In this document: positions 11,048-20,906 of the stretch, piece by piece | Layout of the letters: each line of letters begins with the position of its first letter | Numbering within the stretch: the first letter of the stretch is position 1 | Assembly (NCBI GenBank): GCA_033762295.1 | Contig: JANRLW010000020.1 | Span: forward strand, 1 to 64,000 | Origin: Capsulimonadales bacterium | GTDB lineage: Bacteria; Armatimonadota; Armatimonadia; Armatimonadales; Armatimonadaceae | Length of the DNA: 64,000 bases | Direction of reading: 5' to 3' | Program-made: the position numbers and the translations under genes | The notes under the pieces: model-generated | What the model saw: the letters and a program-made list of their open reading frames with translations, nothing else | What the model was told of the DNA's origin: nothing | Databases searched by the model: none

Positions 11048-12214
11048 TCAGGGCCGGACCTGATCGGCAATACGCTTGACTTCCTCGTCGGGAAGCGCGC
11101 TGAACAGCAGGAAGACGTTTCCGGAGGTTTCCCAGATATAGGCGCGTTCCCCCGGTCCCTTCGGGTTCGGAAGGAATCCCGGCGCGGACTTCGTCAGCCG
11201 TTCCTTCAACCGTTCCGGCAGGTTATCGGATTTGAATCGGGTCAACGAGATCACGGAAAGGCCGTTGGAGTATCGAAGGGTGACCCGCGGCCGCTTGCTG
11301 TCCCGGGTAGCCGCTTCGATCGTCCGCAAGGTGTAACCGTTCGGGAGATATCTCGGCTCCGGTACATCCACATTCGCCTGTTGCGCTTCCGCGAGCGATT
11401 TGAATGTGACGGAACGGCGGCTTCGTTCGGCCACCACGGCACCTTCCGGTGGCGTGAAGTCATCGGAACGGAAGCGCGGGTTCAAATCGAGGGAAAGCAG
11501 GTAGGAGGAGGTAAAAACGCGACCATCCTGCCCGACAACCTCCATCTTTAACCGAAGACCGGTACCCCGATCGATCCAGAAGCGGTGTGACGGTCCGGAA
11601 ACCCCGTTCGCCGGCGCGATTCGTATGATCGTGCAGGGCCGGGAAGCGACGGTGTCCTCGCCATCGATGGTGGCCTTCAGTTCCCCCTGGTCGACACGGC
11701 GAAGAATCTCCCCCAGAATTCCGCGAAAGATCGGCAGCATCGGCGGCCGGGAAAACCATTTCCGCTCCCGGGGCTGGTAAACGAACGCCTGCCGGGGCGT
11801 ATCCAGAACGATTTTATTGTCGGGCCGTATGCCTTCGATGCGGACGCCGACCGACGGATTGACCCGCAGCCACTGTTCGGTGTCCTGTCCCTGCGCCACC
11901 TGCCGTACTTCCCGGGCCACATAGGGAACGGATTGGTCGGCGCGTACCATGCGCAACAGCTGCCGCCAGGCCTGACGTTCCTGAGGCGTCAGGGACTTGG
12001 CCTTCCGGGCCAGGTGACTGATCAGGTCGGCGATCTTGTCGGGGTCCGGTCGCGGAGCGTTCTCGACCTGTGCGCGGACCCCGACCGTCAGACCGAGAAC
12101 GAGCGCCGACGCCAGGGCGACCCGAACCGAAAGCCGGCGTCTCCGCCCTCCCTCCGATACGGGAGGCGGGAAAACCGGCCTTCGATCCGAGCATACGTCA
12201 GAGATTCGTTCCAT
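11048..12214 (-). CDS. MucB/RseB-like periplasmic sigma-E regulatory protein
   Basis: GEDTVASRPC...FWIDRGTGLRLK (LolA/RseB fold) plus PRYLPNGY...RYSNGLSVISL C-domain; follows anti-sigma and sigma. Confidence 0.72.
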   Translation of the reverse strand: MERISDVCSDRRPVFPPPVSEGGRRRRLSVRVALASALVLGLTVGVRAQVENAPRPDPDKIADLISHLARKAKSLTPQERQAWRQLLRMVRADQSVPYVAREVRQVAQGQDTEQWLRVNPSVGVRIEGIRPDNKIVLDTPRQAFVYQPRERKWFSRPPMLPIFRGILGEILRRVDQGELKATIDGEDTVASRPCTIIRIAPANGVSGPSHRFWIDRGTGLRLKMEVVGQDGRVFTSSYLLSLDLNPRFRSDDFTPPEGAVVAERSRRSVTFKSLAEAQQANVDVPEPRYLPNGYTLRTIEAATRDSKRPRVTLRYSNGLSVISLTRFKSDNLPERLKERLTKSAPGFLPNPKGPGERAYIWETSGNVFLLFSALPDEEVKRIADQVRP

Positions 12215-12752
12215 CGATTTCGTTGATTACCTCGAGGACGGACCCTCGATCGCCCAGCGATACCGAGGAAGCGTACGCGTTGTGTTCCTGCCACAGTTCA
12301 TTGACCGGGTCGGGTTCGTGGGCGGCTCCCACGGACGGGGTCGCGCGAACGGTGATCCGGTTGGCCGGCGCATCCGGACGGACGGCGAAGAAGGCGAACA
12401 GGCCCATCATGGCGAGAACCGCGCCGGAGGCGAACGCGGGCCGTACGCCCGGACGGTGCCACGACTCCGCGAACTCCGTCCATCGCTCCTTCCAGTAAGC
12501 GAACGGCGAGGCCGGTTTCGGGCGCAGCACCTCGTCGGCAAGACGTCGGGCGAGCATCTCCTCGAAGTTTGCCGACGGCTGCTCCGGCGGCAGGGACGCC
12601 AGAAGCCGTGCGGTCTTCGAGAAATCGTCCGCGACCCGGGCGCAGACCGAGCAGGTGACCAGGTGCTTCTTGATTTCCCAGGTCCGGTTTTCATCCAGCA
12701 TGCCGTCGACATACTCCGACAGCAGCGGTCGTATCGAATTACAATCCTTCAT
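12198..12752 (-). CDS. Anti-sigma factor with zf-HC2 zinc finger and one TM helix
   Basis: C...LLSEYVDG...HLVTCSVC (HxxxCxxC); TM segment AVLAMMGLFAFFAV. Confidence 0.88.
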   Translation of the reverse strand: MKDCNSIRPLLSEYVDGMLDENRTWEIKKHLVTCSVCARVADDFSKTARLLASLPPEQPSANFEEMLARRLADEVLRPKPASPFAYWKERWTEFAESWHRPGVRPAFASGAVLAMMGLFAFFAVRPDAPANRITVRATPSVGAAHEPDPVNELWQEHNAYASSVSLGDRGSVLEVINEIDGTNL

Positions 12753-12864
12753 GACAACATGCTCCGATGGTTCGGATTAGCCGATGTGACCTCCGCCAAT
12801 CCCGTAACTCCATAGATCGACATAATATAACTGCCCTGCAGCCGTGTCCGCCGAACGAGCGGGC

Positions 12865-13476
12865 TTAGCTTTCCAGATACGGGCGCAGGTGTTCCCGCAG
12901 GGCCACCCGTCCGTTAAAGATTCTCGATTTCACCGTGCCAAGCGGGATGCTTTCGGCAGCCGCGATTTCGTCGTAGGCCAGACCTTCGATATCATGCAGA
13001 ATGATCGCGGAACGCAGCTTCGGCGGCAGCTTGCCAAGCGCCTCCTGTATCTGGGAGGCCAGTTCCTTCCGACCGATCACGGTTTCGGGAGCCTGCGACC
13101 AGTCCGGCACATCGCGCGTCGCGCCGCTCTCCTCGTCGTCCGGCGTCAACGGCGCATCCAACGAATGCACCAGGCCACGCTTTCGGCCACGTCGAAAGGA
13201 GTCCACGCAAAGGTTTCCGGCGATCCGGAACAGCCAGGTCGAAAGACTCGATTCCGCCCGGAAGGTGCCGATGCTCGTGTACATACGGACGAAAACCTCC
13301 TGAGTCAGATCTTCGGCATCTTCGGCGTTGCCGGTCATCCTGTAAAGGTAGTTATATATTTTCCCCTTGTACCGCGCAACAATCTCATTAAAGGCGGCAA
13401 GGTCGGCCTTCTGGCAGCGCGAAATAAGCGCGGCATCGCTGTTTTGCAAAGTCAGGCTCCGGGCAAAAAACATCAA
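12865..13476 (-). CDS. ECF RNA polymerase sigma factor (RpoE/SigW-like)
   Basis: DAEDLTQEVFV, STWLFRIAGN, GLAYDEIA, GTVKSRI. Confidence 0.93.
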   Translation of the reverse strand: MMFFARSLTLQNSDAALISRCQKADLAAFNEIVARYKGKIYNYLYRMTGNAEDAEDLTQEVFVRMYTSIGTFRAESSLSTWLFRIAGNLCVDSFRRGRKRGLVHSLDAPLTPDDEESGATRDVPDWSQAPETVIGRKELASQIQEALGKLPPKLRSAIILHDIEGLAYDEIAAAESIPLGTVKSRIFNGRVALREHLRPYLES

Positions 13477-13779
13477 TCAGCCTCAATCCCAACCCATCCG
13501 ACCGGTAGGTGTTCAAACCGTCAACGACCGTCGCTCCGGGCGGCCGTCCGGTGATCCTTCTCTTGCCCTTACCGACGTTGACCGAAACGGGAAAGTTCAT
13601 TTTCCGTCCCCCCTATCTGATACCGGGAACTTCGTGAGAAATGTCACAGGGTTGCGGACGAGGAACGACGTTTTCGAATCAGGCGAGGGGGGAACCCCGG
13701 GGTTCGGCATAAGATTATCGAAAATTCGCCGGTTCGACCGGGACACGACGGGAGCGTACCCGGGGAACGGCAACGTATA

Positions 13780-14490
13780 ATGAACCTAAAGGATCAGACG
13801 GCGACGAAAGTGACAAAGGTCCGGGCGGATAACCTTTATAAAGCGTTCGGAAGGCGGCCCGTGCTCGAAAATTTCGGGCTGACGGCGGACGCCGGGGAGG
13901 TCGTCGCGATCGTCGGAGGGAACGGGTCCGGGAAATCCACCCTTTTGCGGATCGTCGCCGGGCTGTTACGGCCGACCCGGGGACGGATCGTGCTGGAGTC
14001 CGACGGGGTTCGAGCGACGGAAACGATCGGACGACGACGACTCGTCGGCTACGTCTCGCCCGATCTGCGCTTCTATCCGGAATTGACGGCGCGTGAGAAT
14101 CTGGCGTTCTTCCGGAGCGTCGCCGGACGACCGCCACGCACGGAGGAAACGACCGCCGTACTGGCCCGTGTGGGACTGGCGAAACGCGGCGAGGAACCGG
14201 TCGGAACCTTTTCCTCCGGAATGATGCAGCGATTGCGCCTGGCGTTTGCGTTGCTTTCCGGGACTTCGGTTCTTTTGCTGGATGAGCCGACACTGGCTCT
14301 GGATGCGGACGGGGTCCGCCTCGTCCGGGAGATCGTCTTCGAGCGGCGTCAGGAGGGCGGGATCGTGCTGCTGGCGAGCAACGACCCGCGAGAGATCGAA
14401 TGGGCCGACCGACAGGTGCCGGTGAAGGCGACCGGTCCGTCGGCGGAAACCGGGGAAACCGGGGGAACGGCCAATGGACTGGACCCGTGA
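13780..14490 (+). CDS. ccmA: Heme exporter ATP-binding subunit
   Basis: GGNGSGKST, FSSGMMQRL, LLLDEP; heads the ccm cluster. True start may be GTG 13810. Confidence 0.8.
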   Translation: MNLKDQTATKVTKVRADNLYKAFGRRPVLENFGLTADAGEVVAIVGGNGSGKSTLLRIVAGLLRPTRGRIVLESDGVRATETIGRRRLVGYVSPDLRFYPELTARENLAFFRSVAGRPPRTEETTAVLARVGLAKRGEEPVGTFSSGMMQRLRLAFALLSGTSVLLLDEPTLALDADGVRLVREIVFERRQEGGIVLLASNDPREIEWADRQVPVKATGPSAETGETGGTANGLDP

Positions 14491-15169
14491 AGCGCTGGCG
14501 GTGTTCGTGCGCGAGTGGCGTACCGAATGGCGAACACGGGTCGCCCTGACCTCGACCGTTCTGTTCGCCGTCGGCGCGCTGGTGCTGATCGGTCTGGCGA
14601 AACAGGTCGGTCGCACGGCGTTCGAACCGACCGTTACCGCGACGCTGTTGTGGATCGTCCTGCTCTTTACGGCGGCCAGCGGATTGGGCCGGGCGTTCCT
14701 GCACGAAGAGGAGCGGGGAACCGCCCTGACGCTGCGTCTGTGCGCCCGGGGAACGACGGTCTGGACGGGGAAGTTTCTCGCGAACGCCGTTCTGCTGGTC
14801 GGGATTGCGGTGATAACCGCGCCGACGCTGCTCACGCTGGCCGAAACGCCGGTGCGGAACGTCGGTCTGTTGACTGCGGTGTCGCTCCTGGGATGTATCG
14901 GGATCGCCGCGGTACTGACGACCATGAGCGCACTGGTGGCGCAGACCTCGGCGCGCGGCGGACTGCTGGCGGTGGTTTCGTTTCCGTTACTGACGCCGCT
15001 GCTGCTGGCCGGAGTTCATGGAACGCAGGCTGCGCTGGGCGTTGGTTCGAAACCCGGAGGAATGGTATCCTTCTCCGTGGGAGTGGGGGATGTGAAGATA
15101 CTGCTGTCGTTCGCGGTGATTGCGATAACGGCGTCGTTGCTGTTGTTCGACTTTCTCTGGAACGATTGA
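14474..15169 (+). CDS. ccmB: Heme exporter membrane subunit
   Basis: EWRTEWRTR, FLHEEERGT, LLAVVSFPLLTPLL; about six TM helices. Confidence 0.85.
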   Translation: MDWTREALAVFVREWRTEWRTRVALTSTVLFAVGALVLIGLAKQVGRTAFEPTVTATLLWIVLLFTAASGLGRAFLHEEERGTALTLRLCARGTTVWTGKFLANAVLLVGIAVITAPTLLTLAETPVRNVGLLTAVSLLGCIGIAAVLTTMSALVAQTSARGGLLAVVSFPLLTPLLLAGVHGTQAALGVGSKPGGMVSFSVGVGDVKILLSFAVIAITASLLLFDFLWND

Positions 15170-15183
15170 GGGTGAGATTAGCG

Positions 15184-15840
15184 ATGGCTCAACTGGCGAA
15201 AATCCTGCTTGGGATCGGGACGGCGATCGTCGTGGCCCTGTCCTTTCTGTATCTTCCGGCGGCGGAAGGCTTTCCGTCGCCGGAACTGGCGCGCATCGTC
15301 GCCCTGCATCTGCCGAACGCGATGGCCGGACTGGTGGCGGCGGTTGCGGCGGGATGCTACGGCTGGCGGTATCTGGCCGGCGGGCGCAACCCGCTCGATG
15401 ACGCTCGTTCGCTGGTGGCGGCGGTTCTGGCGACGATCTTCCTTGCGCTGACCACCGTGACCGGAATGGTCTTCGCCCAGGTGCAATGGGGACAGTTCTG
15501 GAATTGGGACCCGAAGCAGACCTGTATCTTCATCCTGTTGCTGATCTTCGCCGCCTATTTCGTTCTGCGGGCCGGAATCGAGGACGAGGAGAAACGGGCG
15601 ACCGTCAGCGCCGTCTACATCCTGTTCGCGGCGGTCATGACCCCGGTGCTGGGCTATATGGTCCCAAAATATCTGCCATCGCTGCACCCGACCAACACAT
15701 CGTTCGACGCCGCCTACCATACCGTGATCTGGTCGGCGTCCGCCTGTCTGATCGGCCTCTATGCGTGGCTGTTCAACCTCGGCGTTCGCTACGAGCGTCT
15801 TCGACTGCATCTGGACGCGATCGTGCGCGATGAGCCGTGA
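15184..15840 (+). CDS. ccmC: Cytochrome c biogenesis heme-handling protein
   Basis: RIVALHLP, WWD domain WGQFWNWDPKQT, SLHP; C-terminal part of ORF 14515-15840. Confidence 0.88.
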   Translation: MAQLAKILLGIGTAIVVALSFLYLPAAEGFPSPELARIVALHLPNAMAGLVAAVAAGCYGWRYLAGGRNPLDDARSLVAAVLATIFLALTTVTGMVFAQVQWGQFWNWDPKQTCIFILLLIFAAYFVLRAGIEDEEKRATVSAVYILFAAVMTPVLGYMVPKYLPSLHPTNTSFDAAYHTVIWSASACLIGLYAWLFNLGVRYERLRLHLDAIVRDEP

Positions 15841-15876
15841 ATTAGGCGAGAATTAGGCGAGAAGGAAAGCATCAGG

Positions 15877-16008
15877 ATGTTACCGTTATTGATCGTTGCC
15901 CTGCTGATCTGGGCGGGCGTCTTCGCCTTCACCTTCCGTGTGGATCAGCGATTGAGCCAACTGGAAAATCGATTCGGCGTCGGGGAATCGGGGAAGGACC
16001 GCGAGTAA
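15877..16008 (+). CDS. ccmD: CcmD-family small membrane protein (43 aa; absent from the ORF track)
   Basis: MLPLLIVALLIWAGVFAFTFRVDQRLSQLENRFGVGESGKDRE: one TM helix followed by a charged tail, between ccmC and ccmE. Confidence 0.78.
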   Translation: MLPLLIVALLIWAGVFAFTFRVDQRLSQLENRFGVGESGKDRE

Positions 16009-16013
16009 TCTCC

Positions 16014-16442
16014 ATGAATACGGAACAGGTTGAGGAAAAGTCGGGCATCAAGCCCGCAGCGATCGTCGGACTGCTGGTCATTCTGGGCGCGCTGGCATTC
16101 GGCGCGAACGCGTTCGTGACCAACCTGACGCCGTATGTCACCTTCAAGGTGGCACGCGAGGCGAAGGGGACGGTGCAGGTCATGGGGAAGCTGGACAAGG
16201 AAAGCGTCGCCAACAGCGAGAAAGAACTCCGCTTCGTCCTGGTTTCCGAGGAGGGCGAACGCCTGCCGGTCTCCTTTACGGCGACCAAACCGGCCAACTT
16301 CTCGATGGCGACGCAGATCACGGCGATCGGAACCTATGACGGCGCGGTCTTCCGCGCCAAAAATCTTCTGGTGAAGTGCCCGACGAAGTATCAGGGTAAG
16401 GAATCCGAAAAGACATATTCGGCCGACAGCCGGGTGAATTAG
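16014..16442 (+). CDS. ccmE: Heme chaperone, CxxxY variant
   Basis: N-terminal TM; LLVKCPTKY in place of the canonical HxxxY. Confidence 0.88.
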   Translation: MNTEQVEEKSGIKPAAIVGLLVILGALAFGANAFVTNLTPYVTFKVAREAKGTVQVMGKLDKESVANSEKELRFVLVSEEGERLPVSFTATKPANFSMATQITAIGTYDGAVFRAKNLLVKCPTKYQGKESEKTYSADSRVN

Positions 16443-16459
16443 GAAAGAGCGGTTCGAAC

Positions 16460-18916
16460 ATGGTTCTGGGTTATCTCCTGACAGGTCTCGCGCTCGCTCT
16501 GACCGTGATCGCGAACGTGTTTTTCGCGTTCGCGCGGCGGCAGGGCGAAGTCTGGGTTGTGCGTGGCAAACAGGCGGTCACGGCGGCGACGGCGGCGATC
16601 GTCGGAGCGGCAGGGTATCTCGTCTATCTGATCGCGACCCACCAGTTTCAGGTCTCGTATGTCGCGGAGTATTCGGCGCGCCGCTCCTCCGCCTGGTATC
16701 TTCTGGCCGCGTTCTGGGGCGGGCAGGAGGGATCGATCCTCCTCTGGACCTTCATGGGCGCGATCCTCGGGTGGACGCTTTCCCGCAAATCCGGGGATAA
16801 GACCGCCCGTGTCTGGCCGATTTTCGGTATCATTCAGGTCTATCTGCTGTCCCTTCTCCTCTTCAAGAGTCCCTTCGCTCTGGGAGAGGGGCCGGTTCCG
16901 GCGGATGGCCGCGGCTTGAACCCGCTGCTGGAAAACATGTGGATGGTCATCCATCCGCCGATGCTGTTCCTGGGGTTCGCCGCTCTGATGCCGGTCTTCG
17001 CCTGGTGTCTTTACGGGCTTCTTTTCCGTGACTGGCATGGCTGGGCGAAAGCCGTGTTTCCCTGGGCGCTCTTCGCGTTTGCCACCCTCGGTTTCGGGCT
17101 GTCCCTCGGCGGGTTCTGGGCGTATGAAACCCTGGGCTGGGGCGGCTTCTGGGCCTGGGACCCGGTGGAAAACTCGTCGCTCGTTCCCTGGCTGTTCATC
17201 ACGGCGCTTCTGCACGGACTGCCGATCCAACTGAAGAACGGCGGGTACCGGGTCAGCAACCTCGTTCTCGGCTTCCTGCCGTTCGCGTTCATGTTCTATG
17301 GAACGTTTCTGACCCGATCCGGCGTTCTGACGGACTTCTCGGTCCATTCGTTCTCCTCGCTCGGGCAGGACGGGTTCTACCTGCTGCTCGGCGGACTCCT
17401 CACTTCGGTGCTGGTGCCGGTCGGCCTGATCATCGGCCGTTTCCGGTCGATTCCGAAGGTCGGCGCGTTTCAACGGATTCTCACCCGGGAGTTCGGATAC
17501 TTCCTGGGGTCCGCGCTTCTCGGTCTGATCGGGTTGATCGTGGCGGTCGGGATGTCCGCGCCCCTGATTACCAAAATCTGGATGGAGAAGGGGGCGGCGG
17601 CGCAGCAGAGCTTCTACAATACCGCCGCGTATCCGCTCGGTATCCTGATGCTGGTAGGGATGGCGGTCACGCCGTACCTCGCCTGGAAGTCGTCCGACGA
17701 CGGGGAACTCGGGAAGCGATTACTGCCGCCGTACATCGCCACGCTTTTGCTGACGATGGTAATGACCGCTCTTGCCTTCACGCTCGGCATTCGAAAACCG
17801 TTCATGGTGCTGTTGTTCGCCGCGTCGATCTTCACGGCGGCGTCCAACCTGTTGTTGATCCTTCCGCGCTTGAAGCATGCCGAGAGCCGGAAAAGCGTCG
17901 GCGGGTTCGTCGCGCATATCGGAGCGGGACTGACTCTGGCGGGGGTCGCCTGTCTGGTCGCGTTCACGCAGAATGCCGAGCGTGTCATGCTGACGAAGGA
18001 TCAGCCGGTGGAGAAACTCGGCTATACCTTCATTTACCGGGGGCAGACGAGCCACGCTTACGATCGGGAACGGAACCACATCCGGGTCGAAGTCCGACGC
18101 GGCAAATATACGTGGGACGCGTTCCCGCGCTACTATATCGCACCGTGGGACAACCGGGACACGGTCTTCGCCAATCCCCCGGCGATTCTCCCGAGCGTCT
18201 ATAATATCAATTCGCCCATTGACCTGTTGCGCTGTCTGCCGTGGAATACGCCGTTCCCGTGGGGTGACCTGTACGTTTCGCTGAATACGGAACCGCAGAG
18301 TCCGCCAATGCTCTCGAAAAACCCCAATCAGGGGTTTACCCTGGCGGCGGGCGAGGAAAAGACGATCGGCGAGTACACGTTCCGTTTCCGCGCCTTGAAA
18401 TTCGATGAAGCGGCGCAGAAAGCGCAGAACAGCCGCGACGAGTTGAATAAACTTCCGCAGATTTTCGTCATGGCGACAATCGATGTCACCTACCGTGGCA
18501 GGACGGAAACGGTAACGCCCCGGCTTCGGCTGGAACGGACAGGCGCGATCTACTCGCTTCCGGTGCCGATTCCGGGTAGGGAGGGCCGCCCGGTCGTGCT
18601 GAAACTGGAACCGCCACGCGAGGAGGAACAGGGCGCCTCCCGGGAGATCACCCTGCGGACCCTGGGCGCGGAAGACCCGTTCGAAACGGTGTTCGTCGAT
18701 GTGTCCACCAAACCGATGATCGGACTGGTCTGGATCGGCGCATTGCTCTATACGGCGGGCGGTTTGATCGCGTACCGGCGGCGAGCGGTCGAACTGCGTC
18801 TTTTCGGGACGTCGGAACCGTCCTCGCCCGAGTCGCATCCGGCGTCCGTCACGCCTCCCGGGAAGGGGAAGGGGAAGACCGGAACGAAGGCTCGACCGGT
18901 TTCCGCCAGGGGATGA
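16460..18916 (+). CDS. ccmF: Cytochrome c heme lyase / synthetase
   Basis: WGGQEGSILLW, GLNPLLEN, HPPMLFLG, WAYETLGWGGFWAWDPVENSSLVPW, SVHSF, AHIG. Confidence 0.93.
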   Translation: MVLGYLLTGLALALTVIANVFFAFARRQGEVWVVRGKQAVTAATAAIVGAAGYLVYLIATHQFQVSYVAEYSARRSSAWYLLAAFWGGQEGSILLWTFMGAILGWTLSRKSGDKTARVWPIFGIIQVYLLSLLLFKSPFALGEGPVPADGRGLNPLLENMWMVIHPPMLFLGFAALMPVFAWCLYGLLFRDWHGWAKAVFPWALFAFATLGFGLSLGGFWAYETLGWGGFWAWDPVENSSLVPWLFITALLHGLPIQLKNGGYRVSNLVLGFLPFAFMFYGTFLTRSGVLTDFSVHSFSSLGQDGFYLLLGGLLTSVLVPVGLIIGRFRSIPKVGAFQRILTREFGYFLGSALLGLIGLIVAVGMSAPLITKIWMEKGAAAQQSFYNTAAYPLGILMLVGMAVTPYLAWKSSDDGELGKRLLPPYIATLLLTMVMTALAFTLGIRKPFMVLLFAASIFTAASNLLLILPRLKHAESRKSVGGFVAHIGAGLTLAGVACLVAFTQNAERVMLTKDQPVEKLGYTFIYRGQTSHAYDRERNHIRVEVRRGKYTWDAFPRYYIAPWDNRDTVFANPPAILPSVYNINSPIDLLRCLPWNTPFPWGDLYVSLNTEPQSPPMLSKNPNQGFTLAAGEEKTIGEYTFRFRALKFDEAAQKAQNSRDELNKLPQIFVMATIDVTYRGRTETVTPRLRLERTGAIYSLPVPIPGREGRPVVLKLEPPREEEQGASREITLRTLGAEDPFETVFVDVSTKPMIGLVWIGALLYTAGGLIAYRRRAVELRLFGTSEPSSPESHPASVTPPGKGKGKTGTKARPVSARG

Positions 18917-19545
18917 CCGTCGCCGAACGGCTGATCGTTCTGCAGACGGAGATCCGGCAGTGTACTCGCTGCCGGGACGCCGGATTTATTACGGAAGCCC
19001 GCCCGTTGACCGAGGGAACGGGGCCTGCGCCGTTCCTGGTGATCGGGCAGGCTCCGTCGCGCACCGACCATGAAACCGGAACATTTTACCGGGGGCCGGC
19101 CGGTCGGAAATTTCGCGCCTGGCTGAAAGAGGCGGGGTTCACCGACGAGGAGTTCGGAACGCGCCTCTACCTGGCCGCCATCACCAAATGTTTTCCCGGT
19201 CGGGTCACCGGGTCCTCCAAAGACCGGCTTCCGTCGCGGACCGAGCGGAATCTCTGCCGTCCGTGGCTGGAACAGGAAATCGGTCTGGTCAACCCGGAGG
19301 TCGTGCTTCTCTTCGGCGGTCTGGCGATACGGACCTTTCTTTCGTCGGCGCCCCTGGAGGAACTGGTCGGGAGGACCTTCGAGCGGGAGGATCGGCTGTT
19401 GATCCCGTTACCGCACTCCTCGGGCGCAAGCACATGGCTGAACTCCGAACGCAACCGGGCGTTGCTGACCGAGGCGATCGAGCAGATCCGCGCCGCTCGA
19501 ACGGAGCGGAGCGCCGATAGGGCCGCCCTTTCGAGTGCGATATAA
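18913..19545 (+). CDS. Uracil-DNA glycosylase family protein (family 4-like, Fe-S)
   Basis: CTRC, VIGQAP, KCFPG, CRPWL, PLPHSSG. Confidence 0.82.
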   Translation: MTVAERLIVLQTEIRQCTRCRDAGFITEARPLTEGTGPAPFLVIGQAPSRTDHETGTFYRGPAGRKFRAWLKEAGFTDEEFGTRLYLAAITKCFPGRVTGSSKDRLPSRTERNLCRPWLEQEIGLVNPEVVLLFGGLAIRTFLSSAPLEELVGRTFEREDRLLIPLPHSSGASTWLNSERNRALLTEAIEQIRAARTERSADRAALSSAI

Positions 19546-19628
19546 TGATCCTGCCGTGCGCGGTGTCCTCGTCGAGGGGGGGCAACGTGGGGTTGCACAA
19601 AACACGTTGGCGGCATCCCTGAATTCCC

Positions 19629-20498
19629 ATGGAATCGGAGTCCGATATGTCCGTTTTTACCGGGGCGCGGGACCGCGTCCGGGGCGTCCTCGTTCGCCCG
19701 ACCGCCTTTACCCTGATCGAACTGCTCGTCGTCATCGCGATTATTGCGATCTTAGCCGCCATCCTCTTTCCCGTCTTCGCTCAGGCCCGTGAAAAGGCAC
19801 GGGCGGTTTCGTGTCTGGCCAACATGAAGAACGTGGGCATCGCCATTCTTCAGTACAATCAGGACTACGACGAAACCTATCCGATCGCCTACCAGGCGTT
19901 CAACGGGTCCTTTTCGGCAAGCCGAACCCGGATGTCCTGGCCGCGCATCATTCAGCCGTACGTGCGCAATACAGGGATCTTTCGCTGTCCGAGCGAGGCA
20001 AATACGACCGGAAACGTGCCCGGTACCGGCGACACTCCGGAGACGCGTTACCCGGTCAGTTACGCCTACAACTACTTTTTCGGAGGCAATTTCTCGCCGA
20101 CCGGAGTTGTCGGAAGCTCGCTCGGAAAGGTGCGACGACCGGCGCAGACGGTGATGATGGTGGATGGCTCGAGCCAACCGCAACTCGGGGTCGCGCCGGA
20201 ACGATGGCCGCAGAAGCGCGGAGCGACGGCGGTCACGGGCCTGCCGGATACGGCCAACCGATCCGCGTGGTTGCTGGTGCATGCGGGGACGCAACCGTTG
20301 ATCGGATTTGCCGATTACGGTGCGCCGCTCGCGCGACACAACGAACGAGTCAACGTCCTCTGGGCCGACGGTCACCTGAAATCGGCGCGCATCGAATCGT
20401 TCTATCATCTGCCGGGTCAACCGGAGGACCCGGACCGCCCGGCGGGCTATTCGGAGTACTGGTCCCCTTGCCTGGAACCGGAGTTCGGCTGCCCGTAA
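19629..20498 (+). CDS. Prepilin-type N-terminal methylation / DUF1559 / H-X9-DG protein
   Basis: [50 protein letters not shown] is an exact H-X9-DG. Start may be ATG 19647. Confidence 0.92.
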   Translation: MESESDMSVFTGARDRVRGVLVRPTAFTLIELLVVIAIIAILAAILFPVFAQAREKARAVSCLANMKNVGIAILQYNQDYDETYPIAYQAFNGSFSASRTRMSWPRIIQPYVRNTGIFRCPSEANTTGNVPGTGDTPETRYPVSYAYNYFFGGNFSPTGVVGSSLGKVRRPAQTVMMVDGSSQPQLGVAPERWPQKRGATAVTGLPDTANRSAWLLVHAGTQPLIGFADYGAPLARHNERVNVLWADGHLKSARIESFYHLPGQPEDPDRPAGYSEYWSPCLEPEFGCP

Positions 20499-20506
20499 GC
20501 GGTACG

Positions 20507-20565
20507 GAAAAACGAGGAAACGGACGGATCGTACCGGAGCGTTTTCGTCCGTTTCCTCGTTTTTC
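20507..20565. repeat. 20-bp perfect inverted repeat (long hairpin or terminator)
   Basis: GAAAAACGAGGAAACGGACG (20507-20526) and CGTCCGTTTCCTCGTTTTTC (20546-20565). Confidence 0.8.
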
Positions 20566-20603
20566 GTCCGGAACTTGGGGTATGATGAACGTATTCACCG
20601 AAA

Positions 20604-20888
20604 ATGAAAGTTCATCTCCATTTTGATTTCGAGAAGACGCGCATCGATGAGGTCGTCGATGCCGCGAACCCGGAGGCGGTCGTCGCCGAAGTCAAGGAGC
20701 GGGTGGCGAAACGCGCCGGTTTCCTGGTGGGAACTCTGATTCGGGGCATGACGCCGCTGGCTTTTGCACAGGAGGCGACCCGACGCTACGCGGTGTTGGC
20801 CGGAGAGACCATGCCGCCCCCGGCCACCTGCGCGGATTTTGTTCGGCTGGCTGTCGAACGGAAATTCGCCACCCTGCTCGAGGAGTAA
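20604..20888 (+). CDS. Small hypothetical protein
   Basis: 94-aa ORF with genome-typical codon usage, upstream TATGAT, co-oriented with the next gene. Confidence 0.65.
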   Translation: MKVHLHFDFEKTRIDEVVDAANPEAVVAEVKERVAKRAGFLVGTLIRGMTPLAFAQEATRRYAVLAGETMPPPATCADFVRLAVERKFATLLEE

Positions 20889-20906
20889 TCGGGGAGAGGA
20901 CGCGAA

